Origin: Octopus sinensis
Taxonomy: Eukaryota
Assembly (NCBI RefSeq): GCF_006345805.1
Contig: NC_043004.1
Location: forward strand, 32,922,001 to 32,986,000
Length of the DNA stretch: 64,000 bases
Reading direction: 5' to 3'
Both the position numbers and the translations under genes were made by a program. Below the pieces are notes generated by a model, which did no database searches, was not told the origin of the DNA, and saw nothing but the letters and a program-made list of their open reading frames with translations. Of this stretch, positions 1 through 12,790 are shown piece by piece. How positions within the stretch are numbered: the first letter of the stretch is position 1; every line of letters begins with the position of its first letter.

Positions 1-85
1 AATCCTCGTTATATGGTATTTGGTAGTAGGTAATTTAAAGGTAAAACCGTGGTTTTTTATATAGAGAGAAGATAAGATATTCTTA

Positions 86-124
<39 letters not shown>

Positions 125-430
125 GTGTGTGTGTGTGTGTGTGTGTACGCAACATGGCTACATGCAAAGAAAGAAAATAAACAAATAGTATATTCTTTTG
201 TTATATTTTAGGATGGTCCCTTTTTTTGCCAAATAACCACACGCACCATGTATCAGGACCTTATTCGTAGTTTCCAGCCTGAGTTCTGTGTCTAAGATCG
301 GTAGCCTATGCTTGCTAGGATAATGTACTGTTAATCCTGGTGAATGAATTTAGCTATTTGCTGGACGTTCTCCATGGTGCTAGCTTCTAGTTCACAGACA
401 CAGTGTCTATGGACAGGAGGAGACACGCGA

Positions 431-664
431 GACATGCGAGCTGGCAGAATCGTAAGCACGCCGGGCGAAATGCGTAGCCGTATTTCGTCTGCCGTTACGT
501 TCTGAGTTCAAATTCCGCCGAGGTTGACTTTGCCTTTCATCCTTTCGGGATCGATAAATTAAGTACCAGTTACGCACTGGGGGGTCGATATAATCGACTT
601 AATCCGTTTGTCTGTCCTTGTTTGTCCCCTCTATGTTTAGCCCCTTGTGGGTAGTAAAGAAATA
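431..664 (+). mobile_element. SINE family A (tRNA-like head, conserved central domain), full length with 16-bp TSD
   Basis: Head GCGAGCTGGCAGAATCG, B-box-like GAGTTCAAATTCC, core GACTTTGCCTTTCATCCTTTCGGG-TCGATAAATTAAGTACCAG, tail ...GTAGTAAAGAAATA. TSD AGGAGGAGACACGCGA at 415-430 and 665-680. More than 10 related copies in the window. Confidence 0.9.
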
Positions 665-3371
665 AGGAGGAGACACGCGAAGTAGAGAGTCGTTGAGGAG
701 GTGACAACATGTGTGACAAAAGATTTCAGACAAAGGGCACTGAAATAATAATAATAATAACGCTGAAATGGAGAACGAATGTTTATTTGGCAAAACAAAA
801 AAACGACCATTCCGAAATCTAATATCTGTTTCAACACACGATGTGAACATCAGGAATTTTGGTAAAATTCATAAACGAAATGTTCTTTTTTATCGTCTGC
901 TTTACTTTCGATCACGTACAAAACAAACAATTGATTAAATAATTAAATACATAAATAAAAATAAAATATCGAGTAGACTTGCCCAATTCGCACGTTTGCA
1001 AAATGTAATTTCAATTATGAGGAATGTCCAAGAAATAACTTGGCTTTCCAAAAAATAATCGAACTGTTTTCATTTCTCCACATCATCGTTAAAAGAGAAA
1101 AAGTTATTAAACTACCATTTTTGAATATAAAATAAGAAATTAATCATTTTTTAAAAAGTAAGCAAAAATACGAATCACCTGTCAAAAATTTCTCTCCAGG
1201 AAAAATTCATCCGTTAACTTTTGTTAAATAAGAAACGTTATCTGTCTGTCTTAAGGTATCTCCGTCTTCCCAACACACAAAATAAGCTAGACACACCAGT
1301 GCTATATATGTCCACATTAATTCTCTCCCTTTCCTCATCGCAGAAAGACAGTTGATTGATTAAATTCTTACAGCCATTTTGAAGAAATTCCTTTTACCAT
1401 TGAATGATTTATGATTTATGAAGAACAAAAGTAAGTAACGAGGCAGCGGCAGCAAATGTGGACATCTAAACTACATCAAAGACATGGGTGTTCTTTCTGA
1501 CAAGAGAATGCTGAGAAACAACGGAAACTCATCGGAGACCTCCAGAAGAACGAAGAGTATATATTTCGGCATGGAAGGTTCTTGGGCATAGAATTCCTTG
1601 GGAACTGTACCAGGAATATCATCATCATGTTCTAATACGAGAATGCTACTTAAAACAGATTATGTCAGCGAAATAATCAACGAGTAACACTTAATGTCGT
1701 CAGTTGCCATGATATAGAAGATTTTCGACTAGGTAAAACTGATATTTCTCGTCACACCTTTGGATCCACGTAAGTGAGTGGACATTGGAACGCTTCCATG
1801 TTTTCCAGTGAACAAACAAAAGACACAAAATAGACCTTCTTTTAGCTTACGCTGCAAATCAGGAATTGTACACTCTGCAAGTATTACTGATCTAATGATG
1901 TTTTGGGTTCAGAGAGTGAATCGACAGATTTCAGAAGAAAGAAAACAAAAACGAGAAACTCTTGGTAATGAGATTCTATAACCGAGTATTAGGGGTGGTT
2001 CTTTTAATAGACTGAACATCTCGTTTCTAAATGTTCTGGACCGTTTTTTTTTTATTGAGTCAGATGTTGAATTGTGAGATTTAAGCAAATCTAAAACAAA
2101 TGTATGCATAACATCTGAACGTGTCTTAATTATAGGTGGGAGACATTTAAAAAAGTAACGGTCAAATTTATAAGTTTCTTGGCCACCTATTGTGACTTGG
2201 TGGCAGACATCCAAGTATTGGAAATATTCATTTCGTTAGAAGCCCAATAAACTGACCCCTTCGCCTCCACAAATTTTAGGTTAAAATGCAGAGATTGCAT
2301 CAGAATTCCAAGATATTTTACAAGTATATTTATTACACACCACACACACACACACACACACATACACACACATCACTTGTATTTAAGGCAATTCTTTATG
2401 TCCATTGGATGAAATAAATAGCAATTTAAAAGCCATTATACATGCAGATAAAACTGCAAGAATTTTTCGGCATGTATTTGCTATTCGGAGAGTAAACCGA
2501 TGCCTTTTACAACAAAGCTTTTAAGTATTGGATATTTGCCCATTGATTCACCTTATGGCTCTATATCTTTAACGTAAGCTTTCTGCAATGCTGTTTGCTC
2601 AAATATATTAGTACAGAAATGCGATATTCAGTAGCCTATATGAAAAATCCTACAAGAAAAACACATTGATCAAAACCTAACTGACAGGAATAGTAATATT
2701 GACACTGTAGAAAGACGCAGTCACTAAATGAGAAAATTCGTGATAAAATCCTGAGTAAACTGATGAAAAAGCAATTTCAAAAAGCAGTAATATATCCTGA
2801 TTAATATATAAATCCCTTGAAGCCATTAGAAGTATCTTGTGTGTTGAAAGAGATAGCATGTGTGTTGATAAAGATCTTTATTTCTTGCCTTCAACGGTTG
2901 ACATTTTCAAAATTAACTTTTGTTATAATTGTCACCAATTCGAGAATAAAACACTAATTTTGTTTCTTAGCAGCTGCAACACTACTTTTTTTTTCCTACA
3001 CACTGGTGAATAGATCGCACTATTTGTGTACGGTTTATAATATTGGAAGAAAACCACGCATTCTTAGAGAAAGATTATTTAAATTGCCAATAAAATAGGA
3101 CCTGTCTATTACCGGTATTTATGTTATTAACTAGAGTGTTGCTTGTCATATGACGTGTAACTTTGAAAATATCCTTTTGCCACCATGGGGTTATATCAGG
3201 AATCAATTTTGATTGAACTTCTACCGAATTTCTTGTTGCTTAAACAAAATGAAACGAATACTAATTTTCCAAAGATAAGTATTTAACTTAAAATAATTAT
3301 AAAATAAAAGAATATTCACAGAGTAAAAACAAAATTATTGTGTTAGTTTTATATTATGGAAGTTTACACGT

Positions 3372-3430
<59 letters not shown>

Positions 3431-4169
3431 ATTAGAGAGCCATTAGGAAGAGCAGGGGAGTGTACATACATACATACATACATACAAACATACATACATA
3501 CATACATGTTAAGAGAACGAGAGTAGGTGTGTACGTGGGAGCGGTCATATACTCATTGCCTTTCATCAAGCCTAGTAGGTGTACTCATTCTGCATCTCTT
3601 ATGGTAACTCGCTCTGTCTCTCTCTATGATGTAATGTATAACTACAGAAACCAACCAACCATCCATTATATCGGTTATTTTATTGAGATTCTGGTAATAT
3701 TTGAATTAAAAACAGAGGAAATCGAGAAGATTGGAAGGAAATTTAGTCCAGTGTATTTTTGTTATTTCTTTCTTCGCTTCGACACTCTCGCAGCTATTAA
3801 CACTTTCTGCTAATCTAAGTAATCGAAGGAAGTAGGTAAATGAAATGAAATAAAATTAAAAATGCAATTTCTTTAAAAAATAGAATTTGAGAATTGTTAA
3901 ATTAAAGTCAGGATGGAAAATATCTACTTAGTTAAAAAATAATGTTTGTAGTGAAGATATTTAAAATAGGCATAATTTCACTTTTATTGCGTCAATTAAC
4001 TTCTTAGTCTCGTCATACATGAAGCAATCTTGAGACTTGGCCAGTAAATATACTCAAGAAGAGGTTTTCCCCGTATTTGATGTCATAAGACGCACTTTAT
4101 TATTAAAGAAATGTCTCAAAAATCCACCCCGGGTCCTACATGTGAAGTGTGGCCTATATGTCTGTTCCT

Positions 4170-4445
4170 TCTCGAGCCGCGACTGGCTCATAGTTTCCCG
4201 GTTTCTTTGGCGTATAGGTTCCCCACCTGGACGGGACGCCGGTCCATCGCAGGTGAGCTGCTAGAAGCAGGAGAAAAAAGTTGTAGTGAAAGAGTCAGCA
4301 GAAGTTCGCTATTACTTTCTGCCGGAGCCGCATGGAGCTTAGATGTTTCGCTCATAAACACATACATCGCCCGGTCTGAGATTCAAACCCGCGACCCCTC
4401 AACTGCGAGTCTGCTGCTCTAACCACTAGGCCATGTACCTTCACC
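4170..4445 (-). mobile_element. SINE family C (tRNA head, Nin/V-like body segment)
   Basis: Minus strand has a tRNA-like head (GGCCTAGTGGTTAGAGCAGCAGACTCGCAG...GGTTTGAATCTC) shared with the 41380-41578 and 53383-53740 copies, then CCTGCGATGGACCGGCGTCCCGTCCAGG. Domain name is from recall. Confidence 0.7.
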
Positions 4446-4700
4446 TGGCCTATATAACATGCTTTAATGTAATAAAATCGTTTTCCTCCTCAATACGCGC
4501 TGCTGAAATTGGTGTGCATCTAATCCACCCGTATGTGATACGCTGTGCATAGAATCGAGTATGTTCTTTTCAAAGTGGGTCCTACATCCAAGAATAGTTT
4601 CCCTCGGTGAACTTAGGCACGTAGAATAAACTGTTGGAAATGTCTTGCTTCCAATGAAGGGAATCTATTTGAAATTTCAACAATTCATCACTGGTGATAA

Positions 4701-4933
4701 GGCGGCGAGCTGGCAGAATCGTTAGCACGCCGGACGAGATGTTTAAAGGTATTTCGTCTGTCGCTACGTTCTGAGTTCAAATTCCGCCGAGGTCGACTTT
4801 GCCTTTCATCCTTTCTGGGTCGATAAATTAAGTACCAGTTACGCACTGAGGTCGATATAATCGACTTAATCCGTTTGTCTGTCCTTGTTTGTCCCCTCTA
4901 TGTTTAGCCTCTTGTGGGCAATAAAGAAATAAG
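4701..4933 (+). mobile_element. SINE family A, full length
   Basis: Near-identical to 431-664. Degenerate TSD TTCATCACTGGTGATAA / TTCATCAATGATGATAA. Confidence 0.9.
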
Positions 4934-5119
4934 ATTTCATCAATGATGATAATTCAGATGGGAAATCAATCGGTAATCGTTCAAATCGAGAAATCAAGCG
5001 AACAAGACGTAAACCAGCGTTGCTGTGTGGTTAAGAAGCTTGTTTCAATCCCATCGTGCGACACTTTTAGCAAGTGACTTTTACTATTGCATCGGCCCGG
5101 CAAACCAAAGTCCATTATA

Positions 5120-5162
<43 letters not shown>

Positions 5163-5419
5163 CTGTGTGTGTGTTTTTGTGTTATGTTTGTCCACCTCAC
5201 CGCTCGACAACCAATTTTGCTTTCTTTACGATGCCGTAACATAGAGCTTCAGCAAAAGATACCGATAGAATAAGTACTTAGAAAATAAATATTGGGTGCA
5301 TTTGTTCGACTAACGGCAATGCCCCAGCATGGCCGCAGTCCAATGCCTGTAACAAGATAAAAAAAGGTGGAAGAGAAAGGACAAACACTAAGACAACCCC
5401 GCAGCCTGAGTGAAATAGA

Positions 5420-5860
5420 ACATTCTCTCCCTCAATCTTTCTCACCATCCCTCTCCCCCTCTCTCCCGCTTTCTCTCTCTCTCTCCTCTCTCTTTCGCCC
5501 CCTTTGTCTCTCTCCACTATCTCCTCCTCTCCCTCTCTCCTCTCCCCTCTCTCTCTCCCTCAATCTCTTCCTCTCTAACCCTCTCTCTTTCTTACCCCTT
5601 TCCTCCTCTCTCCCCTCCTTCTTTCTCCTTCTCGCTGTCCTCCTCTGTCCCTCTCTCTCACCCTCTGTCTCCATCTTTCTGCCCTCTGTCTCACTCTCCC
5701 TTCCCCTCTCTCCTTCTCTCTGTCCTCCCTCCCTCCTCTCTGCCCCTCTCTTCCTCTCTCTCGCTCTCTGTCTCCCTCTTTCTCCCCCTCTGTCTTCCTC
5801 TCCTTTTCCCTCCCTCCCTCCCTCCCATCTCTCCCCCTTCTCTCTCTCTCTCTCTTTTCC
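5420..5860. repeat. CT-rich polypyrimidine/polypurine low-complexity tract
   Basis: About 440 bp almost entirely C/T on the + strand; explains ORFs 5367-5918 and 5432-5890. Confidence 0.95.
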
Positions 5861-6594
5861 ATATAACACAAGATGCAATAAACCCAACACTACCAGACAA
5901 CGTTGGTCAATATGGTGAAATTGATACAGTATTGATTTGCGTTGCCTATTATATAGATATATCGATTAAACAGATCGTCTCAGACTGTATTGTCTTGACG
6001 ATGGTCACTCAGGCCTGTGCTGACGATGAGAAACGTATTGTAGGTCTTACTGTTGGCTGCTGTCGTACCGAATTAATATGAATGGCTATGCTTCACTGAG
6101 GAGGCTTAATACGGCTGAAATATGGCCAAAGTTGTTATCGGACATATTTCAGTTTGCCTTTCTCACATTATTTTATCTATTTCTATTTTTAATTACCTGG
6201 GACACTGGCGTACCAGACTATTATATACATACATACATACATACATACATACATACATACATACATACATACATACATACATACTACATACATAAACTTA
6301 CTTGGAAATGGATGCATGGCGTTCAATCAAATATATATATTTCATATTTCATCTAGTTTCAGCTCACGAGCTGTGGCCATGCTGAGGCACTGCCGTTTCT
6401 ATATATATATGCGTATATGTACGCACATACACACATATATTTATATATGGGTACAGGACATCACAAACCGTAAACAACATGAAATTTGAAAACATATATA
6501 TGTATATGTATATACATATATATACATATATGTACATATACATACATACATACATACATACATACATACAACATACATACATACATACATACAG

Positions 6595-6766
6595 ATCGCT
6601 AACCACTAAACCTTTTCTATTTTCTCGCCCTGTTTGTTTCTGTGTTCCTTTCAGTCGAAGAGCGTAGGCTCGAAACGTAAAAGACGTTCTCACTTCCCGA
6701 GCGTTAAACTAATACATCTGTTTGGTGTTTACACACCCGCCTTCATCTTTTTTTTGTAAACTCTCA

Positions 6767-6775
<9 letters not shown>
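6595..6775 (+). mobile_element. Penelope-like (pLTR) fragment with degenerate hammerhead motif
   Basis: CCTTT-CAGTCGA-A-GAGC(GTAG)GCTC-GAAAC-GTA-AAAG has minimal hammerhead architecture with a non-canonical core, and is flanked by microsatellites. Confidence 0.5.
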
Positions 6776-6800
<25 letters not shown>

Positions 6801-6803
6801 ATA

Positions 6804-6835
<32 letters not shown>

Positions 6836-7029
6836 ATTTTGAGTTGTCAGCCCGGCTTTTGTTTTTATTGTTCAACTATATTTAGCCCCTCTCAATACAA
6901 CTATTAACACATTACGTAAGTGCTTCAGATCTTATTTGACTTTCAACATAGCTTGCAGTAATTCTCTCTCTGTAAATTTAATTCGATAATAACGGTTAAT
7001 ATATATCACATTTATCTAATCAAATTCTA

Positions 7030-7450
7030 TATTACATTGAAATTAATCTTGAGTAAAAGAGGCCGAAATGAGGTTTCTCCGAAGGATATCTTGAGTGACG
7101 TTACTCGAAAGAGTTTGTTGCTCGGAGATCAAGGAATCTCTATAGGTTGAGCCGCTACCTCACCACGTTTAGAGGACACAGTTCTGGTACTACAGAGATG
7201 TGATTTAAATGTTGCTGGAAAGGATTGAAAGACGGATATTTCAAAAGGCACCAATCGGCAGAAAACCTAGAGATTGACAAAGAACAAAATGGCTGTATAA
7301 CATACATCTTCTCAGTTGTTAATGTTTGGGAATCCAGCTGGAAAGCGTATTGACAGTTGCTTCAGATAAGGGCCTATGGAAGAGATGCTTGAGGACTCTA
7401 CCCCAACGACCCTTCAGGAATATGGGTGGAGAAAATGGGTGGATGGATGG
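7030..7450 (+). mobile_element. RTE-clade LINE 3' fragment (decayed)
   Basis: Translates with stops to EAEMRFLRRI...IKESL.VEPL...GRKPR...LWKRCLRTLPQRP and ends in a (GGAT)n-like tail; typical RTE RT C-terminus. Confidence 0.8.
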
Positions 7451-7460
7451 TAAAACGATA

Positions 7461-7889
7461 TCTCTCTATATATAAACGGCAGTTTGTCTGTCTGTCTGTC
7501 AGGTTGTACCCTCACCCTGACCACGGCTTTCAATCGATTCTGATGAAACTTGACACACACATAGCCCAATGTCATAATTCAAAACTTACGCAGTGAAAAT
7601 TTTGAAAAGTTCCCCCAGTTCTGAAAAAAATCGATAAATTCGATATGGGGGTCGAGAATCTAAGCTTTTTATATGCAACACATTTTCTGTCTAGGGGACA
7701 CAACTCGACCTTTTTATCGCCCAAAAGGACAGCTAGGAACATCGTATACACAGAAGTATTCGAGTGAAGAGAAGACATTGCAACCTACACATGCGCCTTC
7801 ATTCCCTAGAAAGAAAGGACTAGATTGGGATTAGTCATTGCCTACTAGGGGCTCTTACATACCCGGGCAACGCCGGGCTATGCTGCTAG
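7461..7889 (+). mobile_element. Non-autonomous Helitron
   Basis: 5' TC after A, 3' subterminal hairpin CCCGG-GCAACG-CCGGG (7862-7877), terminal CTAG followed by T (A|T insertion site). Confidence 0.75.
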
Positions 7890-8411
7890 TATCTCATACA
7901 GTTTTAAGACTATTTACGAACGATCGAATCCTCCCTGAAACCAAAAAATAAAAATAGCGATCAATGGTTAAATATAACTGTAAATGACATCTGGGAATGT
8001 TTTAAATAAAGCTAAACGGTTTTCAGTGATGTTTGTTCTGACACTGGTAATGGATGGCGTGCAAAAGGAATCCTGGTATCAGTGTAAAAATCTTCCAAAA
8101 CTTGTTAAACTGTTGCTCTGTACATCAGTTCTGTAATAATGTTTATGTTGAAAGCTTAACCTTATCTCTGTTACACACTCAATAATATAACTTTAGGTTA
8201 AATGATGAAAGAAAAGTTTTAGCGTGTTCCAAACCGAAATAAGAAAATTGTTTTAAAGTAAAACAGACAACTTTAGAAAGAAACTGGGAAAAAAAATTTC
8301 ATCAACAATTTTTGAAAAGGCAAATCTTGATAACGAGAGAGAGAGAGAGAGACAGAGAGAGAGACAGAGAGAGAAAGAGGGAGAGAGAGAGAGAGAGGAG
8401 GAAGAGGGAGA

Positions 8412-8451
<40 letters not shown>

Positions 8452-8974
8452 TATTGTAGAATGCAACCAAGCACTAAACAAAATTTATCTCCTTTAGTTG
8501 AAGATCTAAGAAAGATAATGCGAGAAACCTGCAGTGGACAAGTTCCAAATGCAAGGGTGGAAAACACACACACACACACACACACACGCATACACACACA
8601 GGTAAAGAGAGAAAGAGAGACACACACGCACACACACACGCACACATACACAGAGAAGACAGATATATTAATGTGGTGGTTGAAGGTAAGTAGCGAAGAA
8701 ACTTAATGTTTGATATAATTGTCAAGATGTTCTTTCTGCCAAAGACGTGATGTGACTTGTTAGTGTCTTACAATGTTGGGAATTTTGAAGTGACGAACAT
8801 GAGAATAAAGAATATGAAGACACAAGTAACGTCTTTGACAGTTTCCAAATATCATTGGTGACTAACAAAGTAAGAGGGAGGTGAGGAGATGGTAGGAAGT
8901 GAAAGAAAGAAGGAAGTAAAACGAGGAATTAAGGTAATCGTTTCTACTAAGGCCTCAAAACCCAAAATTTTGAG

Positions 8975-9480
8975 GGAGGGGGCTAAGTCGACTATTCAAC
9001 AGATATTTATCGAACCCAAAAGGATGAAATGCAAAGTCGACCTCGTCGGAATTTGGACTCAGAACGTAAAAACGGATGAAATACCTATTTCTTTACTACC
9101 CACAAGGGGCTAAACAGAGGGAACAAACAAGGACAGACAGACGGATTAAGTCGATTATATCGATCCCAGTGCGTAACTGGTACTTATTTAATCGACTCCG
9201 AAAGGATGAAAGGCAAAGTCGACCTCGGCAGAATTTGAACTCAGAACGTAAAAACGGATGAAATACCTATTTCTTTACTACTCACAAGGGGCTAAACACA
9301 GAGAGGACAAACAAGGACAGACAAACAGATTAAGTCGATTATATCGATCCCAGTGCGTAACTGGTACTTATTTAATCGACCCCGAAAGGATGAAAGGCAA
9401 AGTCGACCTCGGCGAAATTTGAACTCAGAACATAACAGCAGACGAAATACCGCTAAGCATTTTGCCTGGCGTGCTAACAA
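8975..9480 (-). mobile_element. SINE family A tandem trimer (about 182-bp period)
   Basis: Three head-to-tail body units; the junction AAAGAAATAGGTATTTC (minus strand) recurs at about 9081 and 9263. Confidence 0.9.
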
Positions 9481-9494
9481 ATCTTATAATAATA

Positions 9495-9558
<64 letters not shown>

Positions 9559-9589
9559 CAACAACAATGACAACAACAACAACTAAAGA

Positions 9590-9755
9590 CAAACTAGCAG
9601 AGTACAGGAGCTAGCCATTGCGTTACAGAGGCTATGGAAAGTGTAGTTATAGGAGCTATTCCTAAAGATTTGAACAGTTGGATGGAGGAAATAGGTTTAA
9701 AACCCAGTTTAGTACAGCTCCAGAAAACCATGTTATTAGGGACAGCTAGGACTAT
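9590..9755 (+). mobile_element. R4/Dong-type LINE 3' fragment
   Basis: KYRSxxIA...VIGAIPKDLNSWMEEIGLKPSLVQLQKTMLLGTAR resembles the C-terminus of a restriction-like endonuclease (RLE); preceded by (AAT)n(AAC)n. Confidence 0.7.
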
Positions 9756-9789
9756 TGTCATTATTATTTCTTTTTATCACAACTTTTGT

Positions 9790-10357
9790 TGGAACTCCTG
9801 GAGTTTTGCATGCGTAGCGGTCTTGCTGCCGGCGGCCTACAGTACCATGCTATCTGTTCTTTTCAACTATTTAATACTTTCTTGATAATTCTGGCTGTGT
9901 CAACAGTTCTACTGGGCATTACATTCCGATTTCCTTTATATTCCTCTTGATGCCTTCTGATACTGTCTCTAAGGATCAAACAATAATTGGCACTACCTTC
10001 ACCTTCTTCATTTTCCATAGACGGGCTATTTCCTACCTAAGACGGTTGTATTTGTCTATTTCTTTGCTTTCCTCTTTGACTATTCGTGGGTCAAAGGGGC
10101 ATACAACATCAACTAAATTGTACATGTGGTGCATCTTGTCGACCACCACTAGGTCCGGTCTGTTATGCTCTAGGACTTGATCTATTTGGGTTGGGAATTC
10201 CAAGAGGATTTTGCTAATCTCCGGCTCCACCTCTCTGTGTGTTTTTTTCTCATGTCACGTCTTGCCTCTCTCTAGCCCCCCTTTTTCTGCACAGTTTCCA
10301 GTGTAACACTTTCGCTGCCTTATCGTGTGGCTACAATTTGTAGTGGTTTTGGGTAAG
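9790..10357 (-). mobile_element. R4/Dong-type LINE 3' fragment (RLE domain), decayed
   Basis: HDKAAKVLHWKLC...EHNRPDLVVVDK...VDVVCPFDPRIVKEESKEIDKYNRLR shows the RHD / PD..D / KxxxY RLE motifs; its 5' truncation abuts (TAA)n. Confidence 0.85.
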
Positions 10358-10365
10358 TCCAGGGC

Positions 10366-10396
<31 letters not shown>

Positions 10397-11159
10397 TATT
10401 ATTATTATTATTATTATTATTTGTTTTGGGGACACAGAAGAAAACGGCAGCCGCACACACACTTATTAACATCCACTCTCTCCAAAAGATATGCTCTCGC
10501 ACGTACACACAATTGCTTACCGATTCTTATGCGCACATATACACATGCACACGTACACGCATACACACACATATGCATGCCCTCGTGCAAGCACACGCAC
10601 ATGCACAGTGTCAAATGAAAACAAACATGGCGTAGATTTTTCATTAAAGCGAGTAAAGTCTAATTAGATTCAATGCAAAATCGCCTCCGGCAATAATTGA
10701 AAGGTATTCAATGACGAGATCGTCTGAAGGATAGACTGACCTAAGAACATGAGAAACTAAGTTGATGCTTCTCACCAAATATCTTGGAGATACAACGCCT
10801 GGCAGCAGTCTGACCATGGAGGTTTTGAAATGGAAATCAGTTTTGCAGACGGTTCAGAATAGGGAATACGAGCGCGCGCCTGTATGTACTTGTGTGTTTG
10901 TGTGTCTGTGTGTGTGTGCGTGCGTGTGTGTGTGCGTGTTTGTGTGTGCGTGCGTGTGTGTTTGCTTGTGTGTGTATGTGAGTGTGCGTGCGTGCGTATA
11001 TGTTTGCAAGTGTGTGTGCGTGAGTGTGCGTACGTGCATGCGTGTGTGTGTATGTATGTTTGCATGTGTGTGTGTTCTTGCGTGCGGGCGTGTGTGTGTG
11101 TGTGTTTGCGTATGTTTGCGTGTGTGTATGTGTGTGTGTGGTATTTACTCTAACTGAAG

Positions 11160-11310
11160 TCGCGTGGCTTAGTCGTTAGTGTATTCAGCTTACGATTTTA
11201 AGGACACGAGTTCGATTCCCGGCAGCGCGTTGTGTCCTTGAGCAAAACACTTTACTTCACGTTGCTCCAGTCCACTCAGCTGGCAAAAATGAGTTGTGCC
11301 TGGAATTCAA
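11160..11310 (+). mobile_element. SINE family D fragment (tRNA head + GTGTCCTTGAGCAA core)
   Basis: A/B-box-like TGGCTTAGTCG / GAGTTCGATTCC; related to the minus-strand copies at 42185-42632 and 52350-52570. Confidence 0.7.
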
Positions 11311-12654
11311 AGAGAGGTAAGACAATGTGTCTATGAGATGGAAATTGTAGGTGTTTAGGGAAGTTGAGTTGGTCACTTTGAGATGGGCATAACAACAGCA
11401 TTATTCTAGATGTACGAAGAGAACTTCTTTGGGGTTCTCACTGGATCTTTATAGACGTTCGGCAACTGTTCGGAGTTGAATTATTTTCTGGTTCTGAAGA
11501 GGATAACCAGTCACGGTATGGGGTGGGAGCAAAGTTTTTTTTTTTCTTCTGTTACGGTAGAAATGTATCATTATTAGTGATTGATTAAGGCGGTGAGCTG
11601 GAAAAACTGTTACCGAACCGGACAAAATGCTAAGCGGCATTTCGTCCGGCTTTGCGTTCTGAGCTGTAATTCCTCCGAGATCGACTTCGCCTTTCATCCT
11701 TCGGGATCGATAAAATAAGTCAGTTGAGCACTGGAGTTTATTCAACCGACTAAACCCCCGCTCCCACAATTACTGGCCTTGTGTCAAAATGTGAAACCAT
11801 TATTTGTGATTGATCACTAAACCAGATCAATAATGTTTAGTATTTGTAGCAACCTGGATGGTTTTAATCCCGTTTACTTTTTCTATTTGCTTCAGTTACT
11901 GAATTACGGCCATGCTGGAGCACCAACTTTAAAGATTGAATCAAAAGGCTTGTACTTCTTTTATTAACCCCGGTACAAGATCACAAGAAGGCAAACAAAC
12001 CAATACCGAAAGTCGAGAGGTACTGGTGTCCGCCTATCAAATTCTTTTCTTTTCTACTCTAGGCACAAGGCCCGAAATTTTTGGAGATGTTTGGTCCGGT
12101 GTACTAACGATTCCGGCACCTCGTAGCCTTCTATTTTGCAGTAATATTATTGAAGTTGTTTTTCAAATTCTGTCGAGGTTTACTTGCCTTTCATCCTTTC
12201 GGAGGGTTCGCAAAATATGTACCCGTTAAGTGCTGGGGTTGATGTGATCGACTTACCCCTCTTTCGAACTTGCTGTCCTTCTACCCCAATTTGAAACTAA
12301 TTTTACTGAAGTTGTTTCACAGATTTTCACAATTAGGGATTTTTATTTTGCAATGGAATTGGTTGACGGAATCTATTTACACTTGAAAATCTTACACATT
12401 TACAGAACTTCAGAGCTCTCACGTTTACCAAGAGGTAAAGAAACCTGTACGTGCTCGCTCCAAATGCTAGAAATAAAGGTTAAATCCCCCTCAAACTAGA
12501 CCTTAAAGCCTTGAAAATAAAGAACACATATTGTGTTCTCTTAGAGACTCAAATAGGGCGGTATAGTCATGACTGGAACGCCTTTTATCATAAAACGGTC
12601 AAATAGCTTTGACTGACAGCCAAACAACAATAACTTTCTCTTTCGCCTCTTCCC

Positions 12655-12790
12655 TTCTTCTTCTTCTTCTTCTTCTTCTTCTTCCTCCTCCTCATTCTTC
12701 TTCTTCTTCTTCTTCTTCTTCTTCTTCTTCTTCTTCCTCCTCGTCCTCATTCTTCTTCTTCTTCTTCTTCTTCTTCTTCTTCTTCTTCTT
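12655..12790. repeat. (CTT)n/(GAA)n trinucleotide microsatellite
   Basis: Directly visible, with a few CTC interruptions. Confidence 0.95.

Noticed and set aside
5367-5918. 183-aa and 152-aa ORFs
   Set aside because: Translations of a CT/GA low-complexity tract.
7918-7934. 17-nt minus-strand exon candidate (GGFDRS) with a strong acceptor
   Set aside because: Donor GTAAAT is only moderate, it sits beside a Helitron end, and such short patterns are expected by chance.
8975-9480. Regularly spaced repeats resembling a CRISPR array
   Set aside because: Units are whole 182-bp SINE bodies without unique spacers; eukaryotic context with no cas genes.
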